Origin: Gnetum montanum
Lineage: Eukaryota > Plantae > Gnetophyta
Assembly: GCA_015680685.1 (NCBI GenBank)
Contig: MNCI01000461.1
Location: forward strand, 87,668 to 151,460
Direction of reading: 5' to 3'
DNA length: 63,793 nucleotides
The notes under the pieces are model-generated. The model was not told the DNA's origin, ran no database searches, and was given only the letters and a program-made list of their open reading frames with translations. Both the position numbers and the translations under genes were made by a program. This document shows, piece by piece, positions 26,240 through 38,300 of the stretch. Each line of letters begins with the position of its first letter. Positions within the stretch are counted from its first letter, which is position 1.

Positions 26240-28330
26240 TAGCATTCCTTGATTTCAAAAGCCTAGTAGTATGTGATGGACAATAAAATCTATATTCCTT
26301 AGATCATTTGACATATCCAATGAAATACCCACTTATGTTCCTTGGGTCTAGCTTCTTTTTTTTTGTGGATTATAGACTCTTACTTTAGATGGGCATTTCC
26401 AAATGCATATATGTCACAAGCTTGGTTTTCAACCTTTCCATAATTCAAATGATGTCTTTGAGAAAATTTTGGTTGGAACTTGGTTTAATATAAACATAGC
26501 CATCTTGAGAGCTTTAGTCCATAAGGACTTAGAAAGCATGGAGCTACTAAGCATACTCCACACCATGTTCAATAATGTTTGGTTTCTTCTCTCTACCACA
26601 CCATCCTAGTCTGGAGAACCAGACATAGTGTATTGGGCAACAATTCCATGGTCTTTAAGAAACTTAGCAAATGGACTAGGTGCTTGTCCATCATCAATGT
26701 ATCTACCATAGTATTCACAATCTATATTAGACCTCACTATCTTTATTTGCTTTCCACACTATTTCTCTACTTTAGCCTTAAACACCTTAAAGGCATCTAA
26801 AGCTTTGTTCTTGTTATGAAGTAGGTAGAGATACATATATCGTGACTAATCATTAATAAAAGTAATGAAATAATTTTGAACATACATGTCCATATCTAGA
26901 CTAAAAATATCTGTATGTATGATCTCTAATATGTCTAAACTCCTCTTGGCACCTTTCTTTGACATATTGATATGCTTTCCTTTTATGCAGTTCACACAAG
27001 TGTCAAAGTCAATAAAATATAGAGTACTAAGTACTCCATCATTTACTAATTTATTTATTCTCTCAATAGAGATGTGTCCTAATCTATGATGCCATAACAT
27101 AGAGGATTATTCATTCATAACACATCTCTTAATGCTAGCACTATCATGAACATGCATAGAATATAAGATGTTTCATTTTGTAAACTAATTTTAAAAAGAC
27201 CATAGGTTAATGTACCATTTCCAATAAGTTCATATCTATAATATAAACTAAATATAATGTTTTAAAAATTAAAGGAAATCCCCAATGATACAAACCTTGA
27301 AACAAAAATTAAATTCCTCGAAAAACTTGGAATATAAAATGTCTTTTCCAATTCTAAAACAAAACCACGACTTAAAAATGATTTGCATGTTCTGACTACC
27401 TCCACATGTGAGTGCATCTTGTTACCTAGATAGATGCACAACTCATTGGCTTCCTTAGGTTTTGCACCATTTTCAAGGAATTAGTAACATGGATTGTAGA
27501 ACTAGAGTCAATCCACCATGTGTTATGTCCAACATCAATCATATTAGATTCAAAGCAAACAAGTGAGAATTGAGTACCATTCTTCATAAGCCATTTCTAA
27601 TATTTAGGATAATCCTTCTTTACATGCCCTTTCTTCTTGTAGAAAAAGTATCTAGATTCCTTCTTAATATCAACTTATGTAGGTAGTTTTCCCTTCCCCT
27701 TATTCTTGGCTTTCCCCTTATTCTTTTTTTATGTAGCTAGATGCACACACTCTCTCGCTTCCATAGCAAGTCTCATTTTCTTATACACACATGGTCATTA
27801 GTTCATTGATTAACCATTTTTCCTTATGTGTGTTATAAAAGATCTTAAAGGGTCCATAATATTGTGGGAGCATGTTCAAGATGTAGTGCATAAGCAAAGA
27901 CTTTGACATCTCAAGCTCAAGTGTTTTTAGTTGAGCCATTATATCCCTGATTTGCATGATGTGCTTCATGGATGAAAATTTCATTATTAAGATACTAGCC
28001 AAAGCTTTGTTTGATGACTCAAATTGATCATCAATTTCCTTAATCAAAGCTTGCACATTTTTATACTGTTCTAATGAACCATGCATACCAGTTGAGATCT
28101 TAGTCTTTATGAACATGACACAAAGGTGATTAGATCACTCTCATTTTTCATAATGACCAAGATCATTCAGTGGGCTAGTTTTCATAATGACAGGTGGTTC
28201 ATCCTTATGGATAGCATAGTCAATGTCCATCTAGCCTAAATGAAGGAGAATTCTCTCCTTTCACACCTTATAATTATCACCCTTTAATTCAAGAATGTCA
28301 CATTTGGAATCAAAGTAGTTCACAAGTTGT
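26240..28330 (-). pseudogene. Copia gag-protease-integrase remnant
   Basis: ORFs 27781-28116 and 26846-27100; WIDSSST protease motif at ~27500-27520. Confidence 0.88.
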
Positions 28331-31300
28331 ATTACTGCATAAATTAAAATATGCTTATGTCACTAAATTTGAGGTTAAAATACTATATGACATGTTTACC
28401 AATGTAAATCATGCATAAAATATGAATCTTATGACATAAAAACTACCTGTGGGTTAAATTTTTAATTCAAATAGATTCATATATCCTTATGATGAAACTA
28501 TTAAATTATATCACTTTTCCTAATCCCTGTGGAGAAATTAAGAAAAATAAATTAATGCATCATCCTAATTAATAATGTTAAATATAATAAAAAATATTGT
28601 GGAATAACATCTATTATATTACATATGATTAATCACAATTTAATGTTTATTTACCATAAGTGATCCAAAAACTTTTAATATATAATTTTGCATAATTAAA
28701 GATGTTGTGGCTACTCTCTAATTATACAAAATTATATAGATAACTAGTCATTTAGTTTTATGAAAAAATAAAAAATATTTTTCCTAATGCATATAGCAAT
28801 ATGTCACTTTATAGATATATACAAAAATTAATTATGCATAAAATTAATTACTTCTAAAATAAATTATCAAATTCTAACATTTCTTAAGAAATATGGTTTT
28901 AAAATAAACATAATTTTATTTTAGAAATATTAATAATAGGAAACTTTATGCATTTCTAAATGAATTACCAAAATTTTAAAATCCATAAAAAATTTGGTAA
29001 TTTTAATAACAAAAAAATATTTTAGAAATGCCAAAACAACTTAATTTGCAAATATTAAATAAATTCTAGCATAAATTAATTTTCAAAATTTTATCTAATC
29101 TAAATGACAAGATTCCAAAAATAATTTATTTTGCATGATTCCAAAACAAAATATGCAAAATTATACCAAAAATAAAATTTTGGGATTTTGATTTTTTTTG
29201 ATAAAATGTCAAAAATTGGCCCCAAAAAATGATGTGTTGTTTTGACAAAGAACTATGCATTTAGCTACTATAAAAGTCTGATTGTTTGTGATAGGGATAA
29301 AAAACTATGACACTTTTGTGAGTTTGATATATTCTGGTACCATTTGTTCTCCCATTAATAACATTTTATAGGCCAAAAAATTCGTTACCAAGGATTAATG
29401 TCTGGTTTAAATTAGAAATATGAGACCATTCTTATGAAATCCATTACAATAAATTTAGTTGTTTTCAAATTTGAAACTATTTGTTTTCCATAACATGTAA
29501 ATAGTTACATTGAAATTGTTTGTTTTCCATAATGCACAAATAGTTACATTGAAACCTTCCATAATGTGTAAATGGTTACATTGAAACTTTTCATAACGTG
29601 TAAATGGTTACATTGAAACTTTCTATAAATGGTTACATTAAAGTCATTTTTTTTCCATAACATGTAAATGGTTATAGTGGAGGCTCTAGTTAGAGGTATT
29701 GCTCTAGTTAAGGTAGTATTCTATATTAATGGTCTTAAGCATAATCTTCTAAGTGTAAGTTTACTTTGTAACTCAAGCTATGAGGAAATATTTTTTAAAG
29801 ACTTATGTAAATTAAGAATATCATGCTAATGAGTCATCAAGTGGAATTTTGTAAGTTAATTATAAGCCTTGGATTTGGGATTTATGTCATGTGCCCTATG
29901 TTTGTGGTTTTTGCAAGCATGGTTAAGGTTTCTACCTCTTAGGTATACATCTTAGCCTTCTAGTTCATACTTGTAGATTTGGTACATGTTTCAAGCTTTA
30001 GAGGATACTTCCAACTTCATTTGAAGATCCTTGGAATCTCCCAACATGTTTCTTGGTATCTTAACTTTCATTAGAAAAACGTTGGTAAAGTCTGAGGGAA
30101 CAAGGATGCATTGACTTTCTTATGTTAGCATATAGGTGTTGATGAACTCCCCTTGGTATCTTGGTTTGGCTACCTTTATTTCTTAGCTTTCTCCAATATG
30201 TCCTAGGATGCCTAGGCTATACTAACAGACCTCTGTTGATGCTTGGGCATTAGCGAGCCTCTATCATTGTGTTGCAAAAACTATTAATACCTAGGATAAG
30301 CTTGATATGAAACAAATTTGATTCCAAGTATTTTCTCTAGCTTTTGGAATTTGGTTTTTGTGTGAAGAGCTCTTTCTCCCTTAGATAAGTGACTCCTTCC
30401 TTGTTTTGTATGTGTTTTGGATCATCACTTTAACTAGTGCAACTAGACTTTGTTAGAGTACTAGCTTATATAGATTGGAACCATTTGATTGATGTAGAGT
30501 TTAGTGTTTGCACTATGAATAAAGCTTAATATTTTTCCTCATTTTCATTTTTGATGCCTTAAATATTAAAATATCAAAAATATTATAAAACATTAAAACC
30601 ATAAAATTATTTATTTATTCCTTATTTTCATAAGCTATGATGATTCAACCTTACCCAAGGAGGTCACAAGTATATGGCATGGTGGTGGGCCATCAAGGTT
30701 ATAACTAAGAGTAATTTTATTTGCATTTTTGTTTGATGTTGAACCTATTCCCAAGAGGGATTATAACACGAGCATTGCCTCTATCTTTGGGTAGGATTGT
30801 AATGCATCTATTTATTACTTATTTCTTATAATGATAAAATTCATAAAAATTATAAAACATAACATTATAAATATTTCCTAAATCTCTCACCATGGCAACA
30901 TGGATTATAATTGTATCGTATGTACTATAATATCTTTTATATTTCTAGAATGCAATGATATATGTGAGTGTTCTTGGCAATCCACTCAACATCGTTTGTA
31001 AATCTTATTACCAAAACACAATACAATTTGTATGATAAATTTCATTGGTCCAAAACTTGTGTGATCCTTATCATTAGTGTCACTACTATGGAGTGAATTG
31101 GTCAATTATCTAAAAATACTTGTACATTCTTAATTTTAACTTTTATCTAAATCAAGTGTGTGTTTTTAGTATTGTATGTAGGTTGTCAACATGAATGAGA
31201 TGATAGATAGCACTAAGAGTCCACCAAGGATCTCTAGTAATGCACCAAAAAGACAAATGGCTTTTACCATTCTTAAGCATTATCTTTTCATCTTTTGTAC

Positions 31301-34160
31301 TAGCTTATCATCAAATAAGCAAGGAAGGTGGAGAGATGATCATGGCCAATTCTTAAGGAACTTGATTATGGCTATACTAAATGATTTCATTAATGTCTTA
31401 ATCAATATGAGGATAGAGGATGAAAATATAGCATACAAAGCTCATGAGTCTATTATAAATGACTATGAAAATTTTTACATGCAAGATCTTTGAAATCAAA
31501 TGGAAAAAGAAGAGGTAGGTCATAGCTTTTCATCTAATTAGTTAGATTAAGGAGAAGAAGCTAAATTAAATAAGAAGAACAAAGGTCCAGCTTGTCATCA
31601 ATGCCCATAATTAGGTACTTCCACTTTGAGTGTAGCTTAGCATTATGATCTCCTTTCCAAGTTCTACCTTTTGCATTTTTTTATACCTATCGATGGTAAT
31701 GATGATTCTCCTTTGTTTAATTATCATGAGTTAACAAGATTTGTACATATTCCATGAGAGCATGCTCATGATAATAGAATTAAATAAATCAACATGGCCA
31801 ATGTACCAACATATAGAGGGTATACCCGAGCTTCATATGTAAGCCTTTGATAATGCTTGATATCTCCAAGGAATCATGAGTGGTTGGAAAAAGTTATGGT
31901 TATTTTCCTATACCTTCATCAAGCATGTGAAAAACTGGCACAAATCCTTACCTTCTAGATTGATTCAAATATAGGTAGACATGGTTAAAATATTCTATCC
32001 AAAGTTTTAGACCTATGGTTAAATTTTAGACATCTATAAGGAGATGTCTAGATGGAGATAAGGAGCTTGTGAGTCTCGTAACATCAACGTGAAAAGCTAC
32101 ATCTACTCACTACTATTCATACTATGATTTTAGTGAAAGAGAGAAATTAATGCACATTTTAGAAGGACTAAGGTAGAAAATAAGAGAGTGCATGGACATG
32201 TATGCAATTGACCAAATGCATAAAAAGTACGTGACCCAAATCAAATCACCATTTAACATCATTGCTAGCATGGAAGATGAATGGTAGAAGCAACAATTAG
32301 TCAAGGAGTATAATCATAATCCATCATAGAGATGAGAGGCTAAAAATATTATAGGTATTATTGAAGCTCCCATTATAGTCAGGGCTCTAGCACAATATTT
32401 ACTTAGAATGAACAAAGACTTGATAGACTTGGACTACAATGTGGGCCAAGTTTGGAACACGATGGTTAAAAAAATAACCACCAATCTTAAGGACATTAAT
32501 GGTATGGCAGTTGAAGTTGCAACCAAAGTAGTTACATGATAAGAACACATAAATAGGTATTATTGCAAGGATAAAGGGAAGCTCTCTCACTCTAAGAGCA
32601 TTCAAGAAGATTTAAATGAGGTTTCCTCATTTTCCTCCAATGTAGAGGATTCATGTGAATACTATGTAGACTCTCATGATTCTTAGTGCTTTCCAGTTAT
32701 GGCTCACATGATTGATGAGATGGGGAGATCTAGGATACCTTTGAATACCAGATTCATCAAGAGACAAATAACAAGGATTCCATACCCTAGTCATTCACAC
32801 TATACTAGTGGTTCTTATTTGTAGCCCATGTAGTAGTACCAATAGTAGTAGGCTCCAAATCCTTGGGATGTTGTTCCATGGATATTTCAACTATGATGCA
32901 ACAACAGATGATGCCTCTACTCAATCCTTACTTTTATGATGCCTAGGTAGGCACATATAAAACCCCAATGATGATACCTTAATAGTACCTACTTGCTTTC
33001 AAAAATGTGGCCAATCAAAATTCCTAGTAAGAATAACAACAACTTCTACTTCCTAGTTCTATGTTTAAACCTTTTGGTGTGTTAAAATGTTAAGTAAAAT
33101 GAACTCAAAGATTATTTGTATGGTTGTGTGGTTATTTTGTTTTTATGAAAACATACATGGAAAAACAAGGTGAGATAAAGCCTTTACTAATGATAATGAA
33201 TGAATTGGTTTAGAGCTCAAACGAGAAGGTCATGCACAAGGTCTTAAGTGAACATGCAAGAATTCATCATGCAAAGGAAGGTGAAGAAAGATGTCTCCAA
33301 GAAATAGTAGACATCTTGGAAGAATTAAAGAATACACAAGTAAAGATATCTTTGTAAAAAAATAGATGTCTTTCATTAGGAAAAGACATCTTCACCAAAC
33401 AAAGACATCTTCCTAGGTTAGTTTTAGAAGGACATATTTCACCAAAAAAAGACATTTTTCCAGAATGGAGACCAAATAAAGAAAGACATCTTAGCCATGA
33501 AGAAGATGTCTCTCCTAACCATTAGCTAGATGGATTTGGAAACCTAGTGGCTATAATAAGACATAATTCTCATTGGAAAAAGTGTAAGCCTTTATACAAT
33601 CATTGTGTAATCATTTGGAAATAATTGTAATCATTGTTGTTCCTCATTGTAGTATCATTTGTCTGTTGTGAAGTGTGTTGTACCTAAAATTACAAGAATT
33701 AGAAAAATATGTTGCATTTTTCCTTGTAATTATTATTGTCCCTTGTTGCCTTGTTAGGTTGATGTGCTTCTTATGGAAAGGCATCTTGCTTGAGCTTGTT
33801 AGGATCCTATGGGATTAAGTGTTCATGTAGCACTGCAATAGTTTGGAGTGGAGCTCAAGATTTTAAAGTTGTGGAAGCCTAGAAACCACATTCTAAGCTT
33901 GTCGAGACCTTGTGGGGTTGAGTGGTTGGTGTAGCATCACAAAAATCTAGAGCAGAGCTTAGATGTTGTATAACATGTGGTACCATTCAAATCACATTTG
34001 AGAGCAACAAAGTCTGAAGGTATGCTTGTGATCTACCCTTTGAGTGTGGACTACCCAAGTTGGGAAACCACATTAAATTTGGTATGTGTGTGCTTTGCCC
34101 AAATAACTTCAATTTGGAAAACTTATTCATCCCCAGCTTCTAAGTTCAATGATCCACAAG

Positions 34161-34173
34161 TGGTATCAGAGCC
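34161..34173 (+). promoter_or_regulatory. PBS (tRNA-iMet)
   Basis: TGGTATCAGAGCC, 2 nt after the LTR end. Confidence 0.95.
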
Positions 34174-34213
34174 TAGTACTCTTCTTTGTCATCATCAACT
34201 TCACGGATGAACA

Positions 34214-35380
34214 ATGGAAAGGACATCTAACACAAAGCCATCCATGTTTGGTATATTTTACCTTTCCTATTGGAAAGTTAGAATGCAAGGGTTCTTTGAA
34301 TCCATGGATTTTGAAATATTGGAGTCAATCCTTGAAGGCTACACTCCACTAGTCAAAAACTCCATTGGCATCATCAAGCCTCACAACAAATGGACACAGG
34401 AGGAGAAAGATAAGTTCATGTTTGATTCAAAAGAAAAAAATTATTTAGATTGCACTTTGAATAAATTTGAATTTAATAGGGTGGTAGGATGTAAAAAGAT
34501 CAAAGGAATTTGAAAAAATTTAGAAGCTACTTATGAAGGAACCTCTATTGTTAAGCAATTGAAATTATTAGTTTTACAAAGTGAATATGATAAGCTCAAA
34601 ATGAGAGAAGGTGAGAAGATAAAAGGTTATTTCTCTAGAGCCAATGATCTTGTTGTAGCTATTAGAGGAATAGGAAAATATTTTCCTAAAAGTGATGTCA
34701 TCATCAAAATGATTAGAACTCTACAATTGAAGTTCAGACCAAAGGTCATAGCTATGGAGGAAATTAGAAATTTCTCAACCTTGAAATTTGAAGAACTTAA
34801 AAGTGCTCTCATTACTTATGAAATGAATCTTATAAGTGAAGGAGTGATTCAAGAAAGACCTAATGCTATAAAGACCACCTCCAAGGAGAAGGATTTCAAT
34901 GAGCATGATGAGGGTAGTGAAGATGAGATTGCCTTTCTCTCAAGGAAGTTACAAAGATTGCTAACAAGAATAAAGAAGGGAGCATCTCAAAAAAGATGTA
35001 ATTTGTTCAAAGGTAGAGAAAGAGGTAAAATGTTTTTTTAATTCTAAGTTAGATTTCTCTTCTATAGGATGTTGGGTTTATGGAGGAAGAGGCCATATGG
35101 CCTTTTAATTTCTTAGTGATATCAAGGTAAAGCCAAAGAATAAATCCAATGATGAGGAATTGAAAAAGACCAACTTTTATACAAGTTGGAATGATGGTGA
35201 GCAAAGTAAAGAAGAGCCATGTAATTCTTCCAAAGATTCACATGTCATATGCATGGCACTTATAGATGAAAATTCCTCTCATATGATTGAACAAGGGATA
35301 ATTGTGACAAAAGGTATAGTGAATTTAAAGAAGAAATTTCTCTTTTACATTATTTGATTAGGAAGGCAAAGAAACTTGTA
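34214..35380 (+). pseudogene. gag: SIRE-like Gag (YWKVRM motif, UBN2 region, decayed zinc knuckle)
   Basis: ORFs 34214-34513 and 34559-35041; homologous to 19880-20800. Confidence 0.9.
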
Positions 35381-38300
35381 ATTTCTAAGATAGATGTTAT
35401 CCATTCTGAAGTGATAGCTAAGATCTCAAACATAAAAGCTATGATTCAACAACTAACCTATTTTAATAAGGATTATAGAAAAGTTTAAGAAGATGAGACT
35501 CTTGAAAAATAGCCAAAGATGAAGGAAGTTACACATGAAAATTCAAGCTCAAGCATAGTTAGGTTTGATAATTTTGATCATAAGGAAAACACTTTATTTG
35601 TGTGTAAAACTTGTGGTAGTTAGCAAACTCTTAACTATAATCATGATGATCAAATTAAGATTAATGCTTTGTCTTGTCAAAAAGGCTTGGGTAAGGAAAT
35701 TGTGCAAGCACCAAAAGTTGAAAGTGAAAAGAAGTGGGGAAGTGAAAATAATGCCATAAGTAATCAAGGGTTTTATCATAAAAAACATGAAAAAATAGAG
35801 ACATCACACACATGATCTAATGAAAGAGAACCTAAGGATGAGAAGGTACTTTATGATAGGAAACCTCATCTCAAACTCTAATAATCTTCTCTCCTCACTA
35901 GCAAGCAAGGTAAGTCAAGGTAAGTTTCCATGTCTTTGCTTGCTAGTTAAATTATAAGTATATAATTTAAGAAATCCAAAATTTTTATGTCTTTTCTAGA
36001 ATAAAATTATGATTTAATAATCTTTTAGAGCATCTCATACATTCATCCTTGAGCTTGATGCATTTGGTTCATGGAAATATGTAGTGTAGCGCTTGTATTG
36101 ATTTTCTTTGGGTCATTATCTTGTAATATTTTTTTGTTTGGTTTTTTGTCTTGTTTCAATCATGTCCAATCTGAACTTCTTGTGATGATTTGCTTCTAAG
36201 CTCATTCCCTTTGGGATAATTTTGTCATTTATGAAATAAGATAATCTTATGAATATTCTATCAATATTACTAATTGAAGGCATTAGTCTCCAAATTTGAC
36301 CTTAATGTTGACCTATAGTTGAAGGTCTTTGGTGATTTACAATGCTTAAAAGTTGATTTTAGATGCCCAAGAAGAGTTACACATGTAGGAGGAGCCTATT
36401 CCTCATTATCCATCATCATCTTGGAGGTCACCAATGTAGGGGGAGTCTTTGGAGACTTTAACCAAGAAATACTCAAAAAGTAAAACATTATATTCCAAAA
36501 TGAGCAAGATAAGGACATAAAGAGGTAATTTTCTTTTCAGAGGATGGTAAAGTCTTGGATTTGTGTTCATGATATCCTTTGGTAAAAAATGAGGTATATG
36601 AGTATATACAAATTTCTCTATCATCATGATTATCATTTTTTTTTGATAAATGGTTGTGTTTGTTGCATTGCCTTGTATGAATATTTTTCTCATGGCTTTC
36701 ATATCCTTTTGTTAATGTTTTACAAGTAAGAAATTTTTGGTTGAGTATAGACATACAAGGTTCAATGAAATAATTGTTTCATATAGATAGGTTGCTTGTT
36801 CCTAAATGATCTATCTTTGATCCTTGGCATCAAATTTTTTGTTGTTAGTCCTTTTTAGATTAGTTTTAGATCCTTGTTTTTGAACTAAAAAGAGCGTATC
36901 TCAATGTATTATTAGTCCAACTATGCGATATTCAAGGAAGAATTGAAGCAAGAAGTACCTATATTTTTATGAACGAATGCAAATAGTTGATATTATTCCT
37001 TATAGAAAAATAAGCAAAAAAATGATCATTCTATATATGGCAAAGTATCCACGGTTTTGATTGAAACATCCTTTGAATAGTTTGCCTTGAGATGTACTTC
37101 CTAGTTCAAGAATTTAAAATTTGGCATGGTTGGCTTCAAATTGTGTGATACACATATGTTTACCATGGGATATTTACTACTAATGACTTATTGATTTAGA
37201 GATAGGTTATTTGATATTCAAGGGTTACACTTCACTTCAAGCTTTAAGTTTGAATATTACCTGAAAGGCTTGGATCAATTCTTGATAAATTAGGGATGGC
37301 TCTTCTTGGAACTTAGTGCATTAAAATGTGTACTCTTTGCTTAGCTAAATATTTTTACCTCTTTCAGATTATCACATGTAGTTGGTTATGCATATTATAT
37401 GATATTGCTCTTTTATGATGACACTTTAAGCAATTTATGCGCTTTATCCTTTTTGATGTTGTTCAAAAATGGGGAGAGTAGGTTATGTTATATTTGGAGC
37501 TTTTTGCTTGTCTACTAACCCATTTTCTTAAGTTTTGGACATCACCAAAAAGAGGGAGATTGTGGAACTTTTGGTGTGTCAAAATGTTAAGTAAAATTGA
37601 TCCAAAGGTTGTTTGTATGGTTATGTGATTGTTGTGTTTGTAGGAAAATGTACATGGAAAACCAAGGTGAGATAAAGCCTACATTGATGATAAGGAATGA
37701 ACTAGTTTAGAGCTCAAAGAAGAAGGTCATCCACAAGATCTCAAGAGAACATGCAAGAATTCAAAGAACATGGACAAGGACCAAATAATTCACAACCAAA
37801 GTTGTCATCATTGAAGCATGTATAAGTGCAAGGTGATGAATAAGGAACAAAGAATTCATCATGCAAAGAAAGGTAAAGAAAGATGTCTCCAAAAAACAGT
37901 AGACATCTTGGAAGAACTAAAAGATGCACAAGCAAAGATATCTTTGTAAAACAACAGATGTCTTTCATCAAGAAAAGACGTCTTTACCAAACAAAGATGT
38001 CTTCCTAGAATGTAGGTTAGTTTTAGAAAGACATATTTCACTAGATCAAGATGTCTTCCTAGAATGAAGACCAAATGCAGAAAGACGTGTCAACCACAAA
38101 GAAGGCATCTTCCATGAATGTTAGCTAGATATTGCACAAGTTTGAAGATGAATTTAGAAATATAGTGGCTATAAGAAGACATCATTCTCATTGGTAAAAT
38201 TGAAAGAATTTGTACAATCATTATTTAATCATTTGACAATCATTGTAATCATTGTTCCTCCTCATTACTGTATCATTTGTTTGTTGTAAAGTGTGTTGTT

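Larger units (their letters stand above)
21582..29676 (-). mobile_element. Ty1/copia element C, decayed with all domains (gag-PR-INT-RT-RH), nested in the SIRE-like protease
   Basis: LTR homology between 21755-22123 and 29270-29676. PPT-like CCAAGTGAGAGAA precedes TGT at 22123. The ORF track shows gag (27781-28116), LWHHRLGHI, YKARLVAKGFTQ and LYVDDILL. Confidence 0.92.
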
